A DNA stretch of 41,240 nt, taken from positions 1 through 41,240 of the forward strand of contig CALVSU010000001.1 in the NCBI GenBank assembly GCA_944359385.1, read 5' to 3'. Source of the DNA: an uncultured Clostridia bacterium. Lineage in GTDB: Bacteria; Bacillota; Clostridia; Christensenellales; Borkfalkiaceae. The position numbers and the translations under genes are program-made. A model generated the notes under the pieces. It worked only from the letters and a program-made list of their open reading frames with translations. It searched no databases and had not been told where the DNA came from. This document shows, one piece after another, positions 29,559 to 37,629 of this stretch (the first letter of the stretch is position 1; the number at the start of each line of letters is the position of its first letter).

Positions 29559-30139
29559 CGGCATCCATTCTTTCCGTCATGTTTATGGCGGTCGTATCGG
29601 ACAACATCGTCCTTTCGCAGTATCAGGGCATCTGCCCCTTTCTCGGTGTTTCCAAAAAGATATCCAGCGCGGCGGGCATGGGATTCGCCGTCATCTTCGT
29701 CATGGCGGTGTCCGCCGTCTTTACCTGGCTCGTATACAATTACGTGCTTGTCCCGCTCGAGCTGAGCTATCTCTATACCATGGCGTTCATCCTCGTCATC
29801 GCCAGCCTCGTGCAGATCACGGAAATGATCGTGAAACGGTATTCGCCCACGCTGTACAGCGCGCTCGGAGTATATCTGCCGCTCATCACCACGAACTGCG
29901 CCATTCTCGGCACGGCGAACAGCGCGGTCGTCTTCAAATCGTATGCGTTTCTCGAAACGTTTGCCGTGTCCGTCGCGACGGGCGTCGGGTTTCTGTTTGC
30001 GATCATCCTGCTCGCCTGCGTGCGGCTGAAAACGGACAGGGCGGACATCCCCAAATGTTTTAAGGGCTTTCCCATCACGCTTGTGACCGCGGCCATCATG
30101 GCGATGGCATTTGCGGGATTTGCGGGGATCCTCGCTTAG
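29555..30139 (+). CDS. rnfA: Rnf subunit A
   Basis: GICPFLGVS, IASLVQ, YLPLITTNCAILG, FKGFPI. Confidence 0.95.
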   Translation: MTASILSVMFMAVVSDNIVLSQYQGICPFLGVSKKISSAAGMGFAVIFVMAVSAVFTWLVYNYVLVPLELSYLYTMAFILVIASLVQITEMIVKRYSPTLYSALGVYLPLITTNCAILGTANSAVVFKSYAFLETFAVSVATGVGFLFAIILLACVRLKTDRADIPKCFKGFPITLVTAAIMAMAFAGFAGILA

Positions 30140-30148
30140 GAGAATGTT

Positions 30149-30943
30149 ATGGATACTCTTGTGAAAATTCTTTTGGCGGGCGGCATCATGCTCGCGATCG
30201 CGCTGGTTTTCGGGGTCATTCTCGTCCTGTGTGCGAATGTGTTTGCGGTCAAAAAAGACGAGCGCATCGCAAAAGTGGAAAACCTGCTCGCAAAATCCAA
30301 CTGCGGCGGCTGCGGCAGGGCGGGATGCGCGCAGTTTGCGGAAGCGCTCGTAAAGGGCGAGGCAAAACTTTCCGACTGCAAGGCGACGCCCGCGGCAAAC
30401 AAAGAAAAGATCGCCGAACTGCTCGGCAGCGGCGAGATCGGCGAAGAGACGGTCGCCGTCGTGCATTGCAACGGCGGGAACGCCTGTTTCAACAAATATG
30501 AATATCAGGGCTACGGCAATTGCGCGTCCTGCGAGCTGATCGCGGGCGGGGTCAAGGCGTGCCCCGTCGGGTGTATCGGTAAAAGGACGTGCGCGGATAT
30601 ATGCCCGCACTACGCCATCGAGGTCGGCGACGGCGGTTATGCCATTGTGAACAAGGAAAAGTGCGTTTCCTGCGGGGTATGTATAGATAACTGTCCGAAA
30701 CAGATCATCGGGCGCATTCCCAAGCGCGCGAAAGTGTATATCGCCTGTTCCAACCACGGCAAGGGGAAAGACGTCATGGAGCTTTGCAGCCGCGGCTGCA
30801 TCGGCTGCGGGCTGTGCGCGAAAATCTGCCCCGAACACGCCATCGAGATGAAAGACGGCTTGCCCGTGATCGACTACGCAAAATGCGTCGGCTGTCTGAA
30901 ATGCGCGGAAAAATGCCCGCGCCATTGCATAAAGGAGCATTGA
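30149..30943 (+). CDS. rnfB: Rnf subunit B (polyferredoxin)
   Basis: N-terminal TM, NCGGCGRAGC, several CxxCxxCxxxCP clusters. Confidence 0.93.
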   Translation: MDTLVKILLAGGIMLAIALVFGVILVLCANVFAVKKDERIAKVENLLAKSNCGGCGRAGCAQFAEALVKGEAKLSDCKATPAANKEKIAELLGSGEIGEETVAVVHCNGGNACFNKYEYQGYGNCASCELIAGGVKACPVGCIGKRTCADICPHYAIEVGDGGYAIVNKEKCVSCGVCIDNCPKQIIGRIPKRAKVYIACSNHGKGKDVMELCSRGCIGCGLCAKICPEHAIEMKDGLPVIDYAKCVGCLKCAEKCPRHCIKEH

Positions 30944-30946
30944 TCC

Positions 30947-31600
30947 ATGCGTTACCGCTATGTCCTGTTCGATTTTGACGGGACGCTTTTCGATACGAGC
31001 GAGGGTATCCTCAAAGGGTTTCGGCTGGCGCTTGAAAGCGCGGGGATCCCCGTCGGCGAAGACAGGGAGCTTTATAAGTTCATCGGCCCTCCCGTCATAC
31101 CCGCTTTTATGGAGTTCTGCGGTATGACCGAAGCGGAAGCACAGCGGACCAAGAAAGTCTATCGCTCTTACTATGAGAGCGAAGGGGTGTTTCTTTGCAG
31201 ACCGATCGAAGGTGCGGAAGCCTTTTTGCGTCGTTTAAAGGGTCAGGGCAGGGTGCTCTCTGTCGCGACGTCTAAGCCGGAAAGGTTTGCCCGCGCCATT
31301 CTCGAAAGGTTCGGTTTTTCAAAGTATTTTGATTTTGTCGCGGGTGCTCGTCCGGACGAAACGCGTTCGGATAAGAGCGAAGTCATTTCTTTTGTGCTCG
31401 CCGAGGCAGGAGTGCGGGACCTGTCGTCCGCCGTGATGATCGGCGACAGAAAATACGACGTGATCGGCGCGCGCAAGGCCGGGCTTTCCTGCATCGGCAT
31501 CGATACGGGATTCTCGGAGAAAGGAGAGCTGGAAGAGGCGGGCGCCGTTGCGGTCGCGAAAAACTATGAAGAGCTGTCGCGCCTGTTCGAAGGGATATAA
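30947..31600 (+). CDS. HAD-family hydrolase (phosphoglycolate phosphatase / nucleotidase-like)
   Basis: FDFDGTL, FIGPP, ATSKP, MIGDRKYD. Confidence 0.9.
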   Translation: MRYRYVLFDFDGTLFDTSEGILKGFRLALESAGIPVGEDRELYKFIGPPVIPAFMEFCGMTEAEAQRTKKVYRSYYESEGVFLCRPIEGAEAFLRRLKGQGRVLSVATSKPERFARAILERFGFSKYFDFVAGARPDETRSDKSEVISFVLAEAGVRDLSSAVMIGDRKYDVIGARKAGLSCIGIDTGFSEKGELEEAGAVAVAKNYEELSRLFEGI

Positions 31601-31960
31601 AGAGGTTTTCCGCTTTGGTTGTGCGTGTTTAATTTTTATGCCGATCGCGACCGTTGGGCGGTCTTTGCGGCGACGCGTTTGAAAGCAAGTCGGTGATATG
31701 TCTGATAAAATCAAGGGATATATGCAGACTTGTAGACAAAGGAGATTTTTTTGTCGAAAAACGTGGTTGAGCAGATGTAAAAATTGAAAAAAATGGGGGA
31801 TTGTGCATTTTGTACATCCCTTTTTTTTGTTAATACCTGACTTTTTTGCCATAAATTTTCAAAAAGTTGTTACTTTTATTCAAAAATATCGATATTTTTC
31901 ATAATATAACAAATCTCAAATTATTATTGAAAAAAAATGCACAAATTCTGAAAAAGGGGC

Positions 31961-31989
31961 TGTACAAAACCGCGGAAGAATGTTATAAT
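31961..31989 (+). promoter_or_regulatory. sigmaA promoter for ppx/gppA
   Basis: TGTACA 31961-31966, 17 nt, TGtTATAAT (-10 at 31984-31989) in an AT-rich region. Confidence 0.6.
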
Positions 31990-32102
31990 GATTACGATTA
32001 TTTATAATAGTGGGAATATAGTCAAAATTCAGACATTTTATTCGGAAAGAAAATTTTATTGAAGATACAGAAAGTTCTATTATCTAAGAAGAGGTCAAGA
32101 AA

Positions 32103-33617
32103 GTGGAAAAAATCGGAATCATTGATTTAGGGTCGAATTCGGCAAGGCTCGTCATCGTCGAGTTGTTCGGTGACGGGCATTTCATGGTGGTGGACGAGCT
32201 GAAAGAGAGCGTCCGCTTGGGTCAGGATATGGAGCGCGACGGTTTTTTGAAGCCCCAGCGCGTTGCCGAAACGATCAAAACGCTCAAAATGTTCAAAAAG
32301 CTCTGCGACGCGTCCAAAGTGGACAGAGTGATCGCCGTCGCCACGGCGGCGGTGCGCCGTGCGAAAAATCAGAGGAGTTTTCTCGACGAGATCCAGGCGA
32401 CCTGCGGCGTGAAAGTCAAGGTGCTCAGCGAAGAGGAAGAGGCGACGCTCGTCTACCGCGGCGTCATCAATTCGATGGATATTCCCAAGGGGATCATTCT
32501 CGAGATCGGCGGCGGCAGTACGAAGATCGTTTATTACAACCGCAGAAACATGCTCAACTATGTCACGCTTCCTTTCGGTGCGGTCACACTGACCGATCTT
32601 TTCAAAGACGAAAATCTTTCCCCGCAGGAGCAGACGGAAAAAGTTGAGGAGTTCTTTACCGAACAGCTTTCGCACATCGAATGGCTTTCGCAGGTGGAAC
32701 CGGATGTGCAGATGATCGGTGTGGGCGGGTCTTTCAGGAATATATTCAAGATCAGCAAGATGGTGCGCAAATACCCTCTGGACACGGTGCATAATTACAA
32801 TTTGCCCGTCGAGGATTTTGAATCCATCTACGACATGATCAAAGTGCTCGATCTGGACAAAAAGAGAAAGATAAAGGGGCTTTCTTCGGGCAGGGCGGAT
32901 ATCCTTCCCGCCGCGCTCGCCGTTGTCAAATCCTTCGTGCATTATATGCATTTCGAAAATTTTGTCATCGGCGGTTCGGGGCTGAGAGAGGGCATCATGT
33001 TCAATCAGGCTCTTCCCATCACCCTCGAAAAGCCGATCTCCGACATTCTCGGGTACAGTCTCAGCAGTCTTGTGAAATATTACGAGTGTGACGAAAAGCA
33101 CGTGGAGCACGTCGTCAATCTTTCGGTGCAGCTTTTCAAACAGCTCAGGGTCCTGCATAAGTTCCCTCGGCAGTATCTGAAGATCCTCAAAGTGGCGGCA
33201 ACGCTGCACGACTGCGGCACGCGCGTCAAGTTCTACAATCATCAGAAACACAGTTGCTATATGATCCTCAATTCCACGCTGTACGGGATCACGCATCGCG
33301 AGATCGTGCTTGCGGCGTTCGTGGCGGGCTGTCATAAGAAAGAAGACATCAACCTCGCGGATTGGGCGAGATACAAAGATATCGTGCAGGAAGACGATTT
33401 CGACGCGGTGAAGAAGCTCGGTGTCATGCTTCGCATTGCGGAAAGTCTTGACAGGAGCAGTTCAGGTACGATCAAAGGCATCAACTGTGACGTGCTGGGC
33501 GATTCCGTCATCATGAAGACGGAAGTGGACGGAGACGCGTCTTTGGAGATCCGCGACGCGATGACCGCCAACGCCGAATTCAGAAAATCTTTCCGTAAAA
33601 ATCTGGAGATCCTCTGA
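32103..33617 (+). CDS. ppx: Ppx/GppA-family phosphatase with C-terminal HD domain
   Basis: IDLGSNSARL, VATAAVR, EEEA, EIGGGST, RADI, GLREG, LHDCG. Confidence 0.92.
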   Translation: MEKIGIIDLGSNSARLVIVELFGDGHFMVVDELKESVRLGQDMERDGFLKPQRVAETIKTLKMFKKLCDASKVDRVIAVATAAVRRAKNQRSFLDEIQATCGVKVKVLSEEEEATLVYRGVINSMDIPKGIILEIGGGSTKIVYYNRRNMLNYVTLPFGAVTLTDLFKDENLSPQEQTEKVEEFFTEQLSHIEWLSQVEPDVQMIGVGGSFRNIFKISKMVRKYPLDTVHNYNLPVEDFESIYDMIKVLDLDKKRKIKGLSSGRADILPAALAVVKSFVHYMHFENFVIGGSGLREGIMFNQALPITLEKPISDILGYSLSSLVKYYECDEKHVEHVVNLSVQLFKQLRVLHKFPRQYLKILKVAATLHDCGTRVKFYNHQKHSCYMILNSTLYGITHREIVLAAFVAGCHKKEDINLADWARYKDIVQEDDFDAVKKLGVMLRIAESLDRSSSGTIKGINCDVLGDSVIMKTEVDGDASLEIRDAMTANAEFRKSFRKNLEIL

Positions 33618-33623
33618 CCCCAT

Positions 33624-33656
33624 ACGATTGCCGCAAATTTTGTTTGCGGCAATCGT
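33624..33656. terminator. intergenic hairpin (terminator or mRNA stabiliser)
   Basis: Perfect 14-bp stem ACGATTGCCGCAAA/TTTGCGGCAATCGT with 5-nt loop. No clear U-tail. Confidence 0.55.
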
Positions 33657-33689
33657 TGCACGCGGGAAAATTTTGTACGGCTGGAAACT

Positions 33690-34250
33690 ATGGAACTGAT
33701 ACTTGCGAGCGCGTCGCCGCGCAGGAAAGAGATCCTCTCGCGGCTGATCGGAAATTTCAGGATAGTGCCTTCCTTTGCGGATGAACGGCTGGAAGGGGCT
33801 TTGCCGCCTTCCGTCGCGGCGGAAACGCTCGCCGTCCGAAAGGCGGAAAGCGTCTTTTCGCAAAATCCGAAGGCAACGGTGCTTGGCGCGGATACCGTGG
33901 TCGCGTTTGAAGGGCGCATTCTCGGCAAACCTGCCGACGCTGACGACGCGATGAGGACGCTCCGTGCGCTGAGCGGAAAAAGGCACGAAGTTTTTACGGG
34001 CTGGTGCTTGCTTTCGGCAGAACGCCGTGCGAGCGGGGCAGTGTGTTCTTCGGTTGTTTTTCGCAAACTCGGCGAGGACTTTATAAAGGAATATGTCGCA
34101 AGCGGTAAGCCGCTGGACAAGGCGGGCAGTTACGGCATTCAGGACGATCGGCGTCTCGTCCTTTCCTACGAAGGGAGCTTCACGAATATCGTTGGGCTTC
34201 CCGAGGAAGAGATCGGAAAACAATTAAAATTATTCGGGTTAATCACATGA
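33690..34250 (+). CDS. maf: Maf-family nucleotide pyrophosphatase
   Basis: LILASASPRR, GADTVV, ILGKP, DKAGSYGIQ, NIVGLP. Confidence 0.95.
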   Translation: MELILASASPRRKEILSRLIGNFRIVPSFADERLEGALPPSVAAETLAVRKAESVFSQNPKATVLGADTVVAFEGRILGKPADADDAMRTLRALSGKRHEVFTGWCLLSAERRASGAVCSSVVFRKLGEDFIKEYVASGKPLDKAGSYGIQDDRRLVLSYEGSFTNIVGLPEEEIGKQLKLFGLIT

Positions 34251-35245
34251 TAAAATTAGCGATCGATCTGGGGTCATCGGAAACGAAAATTTTTAAGATC
34301 GGCAGTGGGATCGTGCTTGCCGAGCCCAGCTGCGTTGCGGTTGCGTCGGGCACGAACGTCGTGAAGGCGATCGGCGAAGAGGCAAAACGTCTTATCGGCA
34401 AGACGGCGGAATATACGACCATCGTTTCGCCCGTTTGCGAAGCGGATATCGTCAACGAAAACGCGGCGGCGATCATGCTTACGTATTTTCTGAAAAAAAT
34501 AGAGATCGGTCCCGCGCAGGCAAAAAAGACGGAGGCGGTTTTCGCCGTGCCCTGCGGAGCGGGGGAAGAATTGCTCGACAAGTACTACCGCCTTGCGGAC
34601 GCCTGCAAGATCGGGAGCGTGCGCTTTGCCGAGATCCCGTTTCTCTCTGCGTTCGGACAGAATCTCATGCTGAGCGAAACCAACCCCGTTTTTGTAATCG
34701 ATATCGGGGGCGGAACGACGAATATTGCGGCATTCTCGCTGGACGGCATCATTGCGGGCGTGTCACTCAACATCGGCGGGGGTAACGTGGACAGTCATAT
34801 CATAGACAAGATCGCCGATTCTTTCAATTTGAAAATCGGGCTTCTGACGAGCGAAAAGATCAAAACGACCATCGGAAGCCTCTATAAAAACGACAACGAC
34901 AGCATGATCGTAAACGGAAGAGATATCACGACGGGCAGGCCGCGTTCGGTCGCCGTTTCTTCTCCCGACGTCTATGAATGCGTTAAGGTCTTTGCGGATA
35001 AGCTGGTCGAATATACGGGCATGGTCCTGGCAAAATTGCCCGCCGAAGTTTCTGCGTCCGTCTGGCACAGCGGCATCTATCTTTCGGGCGGCATGGCAAA
35101 ACTCATCGGGCTGGATGATTACTTGTCCTCGGCGTTGCAGATGGACGTGTATGTCTCTGACGAGCCTCAAATGGCGGTCATTCTCGGCGGCGGCGCGGCG
35201 ATCGGGAACGAGGATATTCTCGATACCATCCGCATCGATTATTGA
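34247..35245 (+). CDS. divergent MreB/Mbl-family actin-like ATPase
   Basis: AIDLGS, EPSCVA, IDIGGGTT, GRDITTGRP, SGGMAKL. Translationally coupled to maf. Confidence 0.85.
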   Translation: MIKLAIDLGSSETKIFKIGSGIVLAEPSCVAVASGTNVVKAIGEEAKRLIGKTAEYTTIVSPVCEADIVNENAAAIMLTYFLKKIEIGPAQAKKTEAVFAVPCGAGEELLDKYYRLADACKIGSVRFAEIPFLSAFGQNLMLSETNPVFVIDIGGGTTNIAAFSLDGIIAGVSLNIGGGNVDSHIIDKIADSFNLKIGLLTSEKIKTTIGSLYKNDNDSMIVNGRDITTGRPRSVAVSSPDVYECVKVFADKLVEYTGMVLAKLPAEVSASVWHSGIYLSGGMAKLIGLDDYLSSALQMDVYVSDEPQMAVILGGGAAIGNEDILDTIRIDY

Positions 35246-35352
35246 TTTTCTGTAACTGTTTGCTTCGGATCAGACGGAAACTTAGAGGGCATTCTCTGCG
35301 GATCTTCTCTTTGTGTTCCTGTATCAGTCATATCATGATTTGAGGAGGGAAT

Positions 35353-37023
35353 ATGAAATATTGTTTGTATTGCGGCTGTCCGCTGGCAGACGATGCGCTG
35401 TTTTGCCGTTCGTGCGGTAAAAAGCAAATGGATCAGGCGCCCGGTGTTTCGGCAGGGCAAACGCCTGCCGTGACCGGTGCGCCCGCACAGGAAGATTTTG
35501 AAAGGCAAGCACCGGTGTATACGCCCGCAGATTCGCAGGGACCTGCACAACAGGAGCTCGCACAGGCTCAGTCCGTACAGCAGGCGCCTGCACAAGCACA
35601 GTCGGGATATCGTCCTGCGCCTGCGCCGTATGCGCCGCGCAAAAAGGCAGATGTCGGCAAGATCAAAGAGATTTTCGGGCGTGTCGTTTGCAGTGCGGTG
35701 GCATTGGCGGCGGCGTTCATCCTGTTTGTCAGCGGCTTTTTCATCGCGATCGATTTTTACGAGGTCTCGCAGGTTCAGCAGAAGATCGAGATTTCCACGG
35801 ACGGCGAGATCACCATCAATACGCTGATGATGGATATGCCTATTGAGCAGAACGTTTTCAACGTTTTTGATGCATTGTTCTTTGAAATAGACGAGGAGAA
35901 AAATAAAGAAGAGCTTGCCGAGATCCAGGAACAGATCGCAAATAAAACGCAGACGATCATGGCAAAGTACCAGAAGCGTATTGCAAAGCTCAACGCCGAA
36001 GCGGACGCGGGCAGTTCCCGCGCGGCGGAACAGCTGATCGACCTTTATTATGATATCGTAGAAGAGATCTGTTCATCCCTGAAAAATATCAACATCATCA
36101 AAGGGGACAGGCTGGATGCGGAAATTGCTTTTGCCGAAGCTAGTAACGGAAACGGTTCTACCAGTTCGGAGCAGTTGGATCAAGCGTATTCGCTGGCGAA
36201 CGACCTCATCTTCCGTACGGCTTTAATGGCGCTGTATGTGGTGTTCTTCCTGTATTTGCAGGTGGTTTCTCTTCTCTATATTTGTCTGTCGGCAATAGAT
36301 TTTTTCAGAAAAAACAAAAAGAGAGGGAGCGGAAAATTCTTCCTTCTGTATCTGTTCGGGTGTTTCGGATTGTTCGGGGCAGGGCAGCTGACGGCTACGT
36401 CGCTGAACGGCGTCGGCATATTCTGCTTTGTGTTTGCGGCGGTATTGGGAGCTGTGTATCTCGCCTGCCGCGTGTTTGCAACTTATAAATTCAACAATGT
36501 GAGCGTTCTTGCGCTTTCCTGCAGGGGCGTTGCCCTTGCGATGGCGTTTACGGCGCTGTGCGTGCTTACGGGAAACATCTTTGATTTCGGCGTGTTGATC
36601 AATAAGATCGGCGCAGTGTTCGGACTGTATGCGGGGGAGACCGATCCCAATTATTTTGTGGACGACTTGTATACGTTCACGCATTTTATGGGTGTCGCGG
36701 TGCCGTATCTGATCACATACGTCTTTTTCATCGTCGCGTTTGCAAAGTCTGCGGGCATGATATGGAAAGGGGAAAGCGCAAAAGCCAAACTTGTTTTGCC
36801 CATTTTGCTGTCTTCCTTTACGCTGGCAAGCTATATCACGTTGGTCATATTGCCTTCGTTGGATTCTCCGCTTGCAAATGTACCCGAAGCGTTCCTCGTT
36901 GTGTTCGTGCTGAGCATCGTCTTTCTGGGGGCTTTCCTGTTTGAGTATCTTTTCCGCCGCGAAACGGCAAAAAAGGCTCAGAATATGACGCCCGTTGCCG
37001 ATACGAACGGAGGCATCGGCTGA
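35353..37023 (+). CDS. zinc-ribbon-containing polytopic membrane protein
   Basis: CLYCG...CRSCG at the N-terminus, P/Q/A-rich linker, TM, about 160-aa helical loop, about 7-8 further TMs. GAGGAGG RBS. Confidence 0.75.
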   Translation: MKYCLYCGCPLADDALFCRSCGKKQMDQAPGVSAGQTPAVTGAPAQEDFERQAPVYTPADSQGPAQQELAQAQSVQQAPAQAQSGYRPAPAPYAPRKKADVGKIKEIFGRVVCSAVALAAAFILFVSGFFIAIDFYEVSQVQQKIEISTDGEITINTLMMDMPIEQNVFNVFDALFFEIDEEKNKEELAEIQEQIANKTQTIMAKYQKRIAKLNAEADAGSSRAAEQLIDLYYDIVEEICSSLKNINIIKGDRLDAEIAFAEASNGNGSTSSEQLDQAYSLANDLIFRTALMALYVVFFLYLQVVSLLYICLSAIDFFRKNKKRGSGKFFLLYLFGCFGLFGAGQLTATSLNGVGIFCFVFAAVLGAVYLACRVFATYKFNNVSVLALSCRGVALAMAFTALCVLTGNIFDFGVLINKIGAVFGLYAGETDPNYFVDDLYTFTHFMGVAVPYLITYVFFIVAFAKSAGMIWKGESAKAKLVLPILLSSFTLASYITLVILPSLDSPLANVPEAFLVVFVLSIVFLGAFLFEYLFRRETAKKAQNMTPVADTNGGIG

Positions 37024-37260
37024 GCGCAACAGTTTTTTCAGATATCGGTCAGCTTAAATGTTTTTTGTGCGCGTACCGATCTCGACAAGGTGTTTCGGCG
37101 TCGGTCTATCGCTCGCCGACGGGGCGACGGGGAAAGACTTTGCGTCGATTGCTTTTCGCACGTGATCGGACCATGTAAAAGAAAAGCAGTGCGTGAGCCG
37201 ATTATGTCGTAAGATGATCCGCTCGGTGCGGAGCGGTAGCATAAAAAGATCAGCAGAATA

Positions 37261-37292
37261 AAAAAGAGCAGGCTCAAAAGCCTGCTCTTTTT
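37261..37292. terminator. bidirectional intrinsic terminator
   Basis: AAAAAGAGCAGGCT-CAAA-AGCCTGCTCTTTTT between convergent genes. Confidence 0.88.
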
Positions 37293-37335
37293 ATCGCGAT
37301 AAAAAGAGTTATCTGTAAAATTTTCTTCATGCATA

Positions 37336-37570
37336 AAGCAAATTCTTTTTCAAAGCAAGTCTGCCCGCGAAACAAGGTCAATCGGCAAGCAAGTTTGCAC
37401 GCGAGGCAAAGTCAATCGACAAGCAAGTCTGCCCGCGAAGCAAGGACATTCGGCAAGCAAGGCTGCCCGCGAAGCAAAGTCAATCGACAAGCAAGCCTGC
37501 CCGCGAAGCAAGGGCAATCGGCAAGCAAGTCTGTCCGCAAAGCAAGGACAATCGGCAAGCAAATCTGTTT
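37336..37570. repeat. tandem minisatellite: six 34-bp units plus partial units (17-bp sub-period)
   Basis: Units start at 37353, 37387, 37421, 37455, 37489, 37523 and 37557 (partial). Consensus approximately AAGCAAGTCTGCCCGCGAAGCAAGGNCAATCGGC. Confidence 0.95.
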
Positions 37571-37629
37571 GCAGGGTTGTGCTCCCGTTTGTAAATTTGT
37601 GTGTACGCTTCGGATTGCGGTGCGGGTGT

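Noticed and set aside
31801-31912. Rex operator
   Set aside because: Only half-site matches to TTGTGAA-N4-TTCACAA in very AT-rich DNA.
37336-37570. CRISPR array
   Set aside because: The units are contiguous with no unique spacers, and no cas genes are nearby. It is a tandem repeat.
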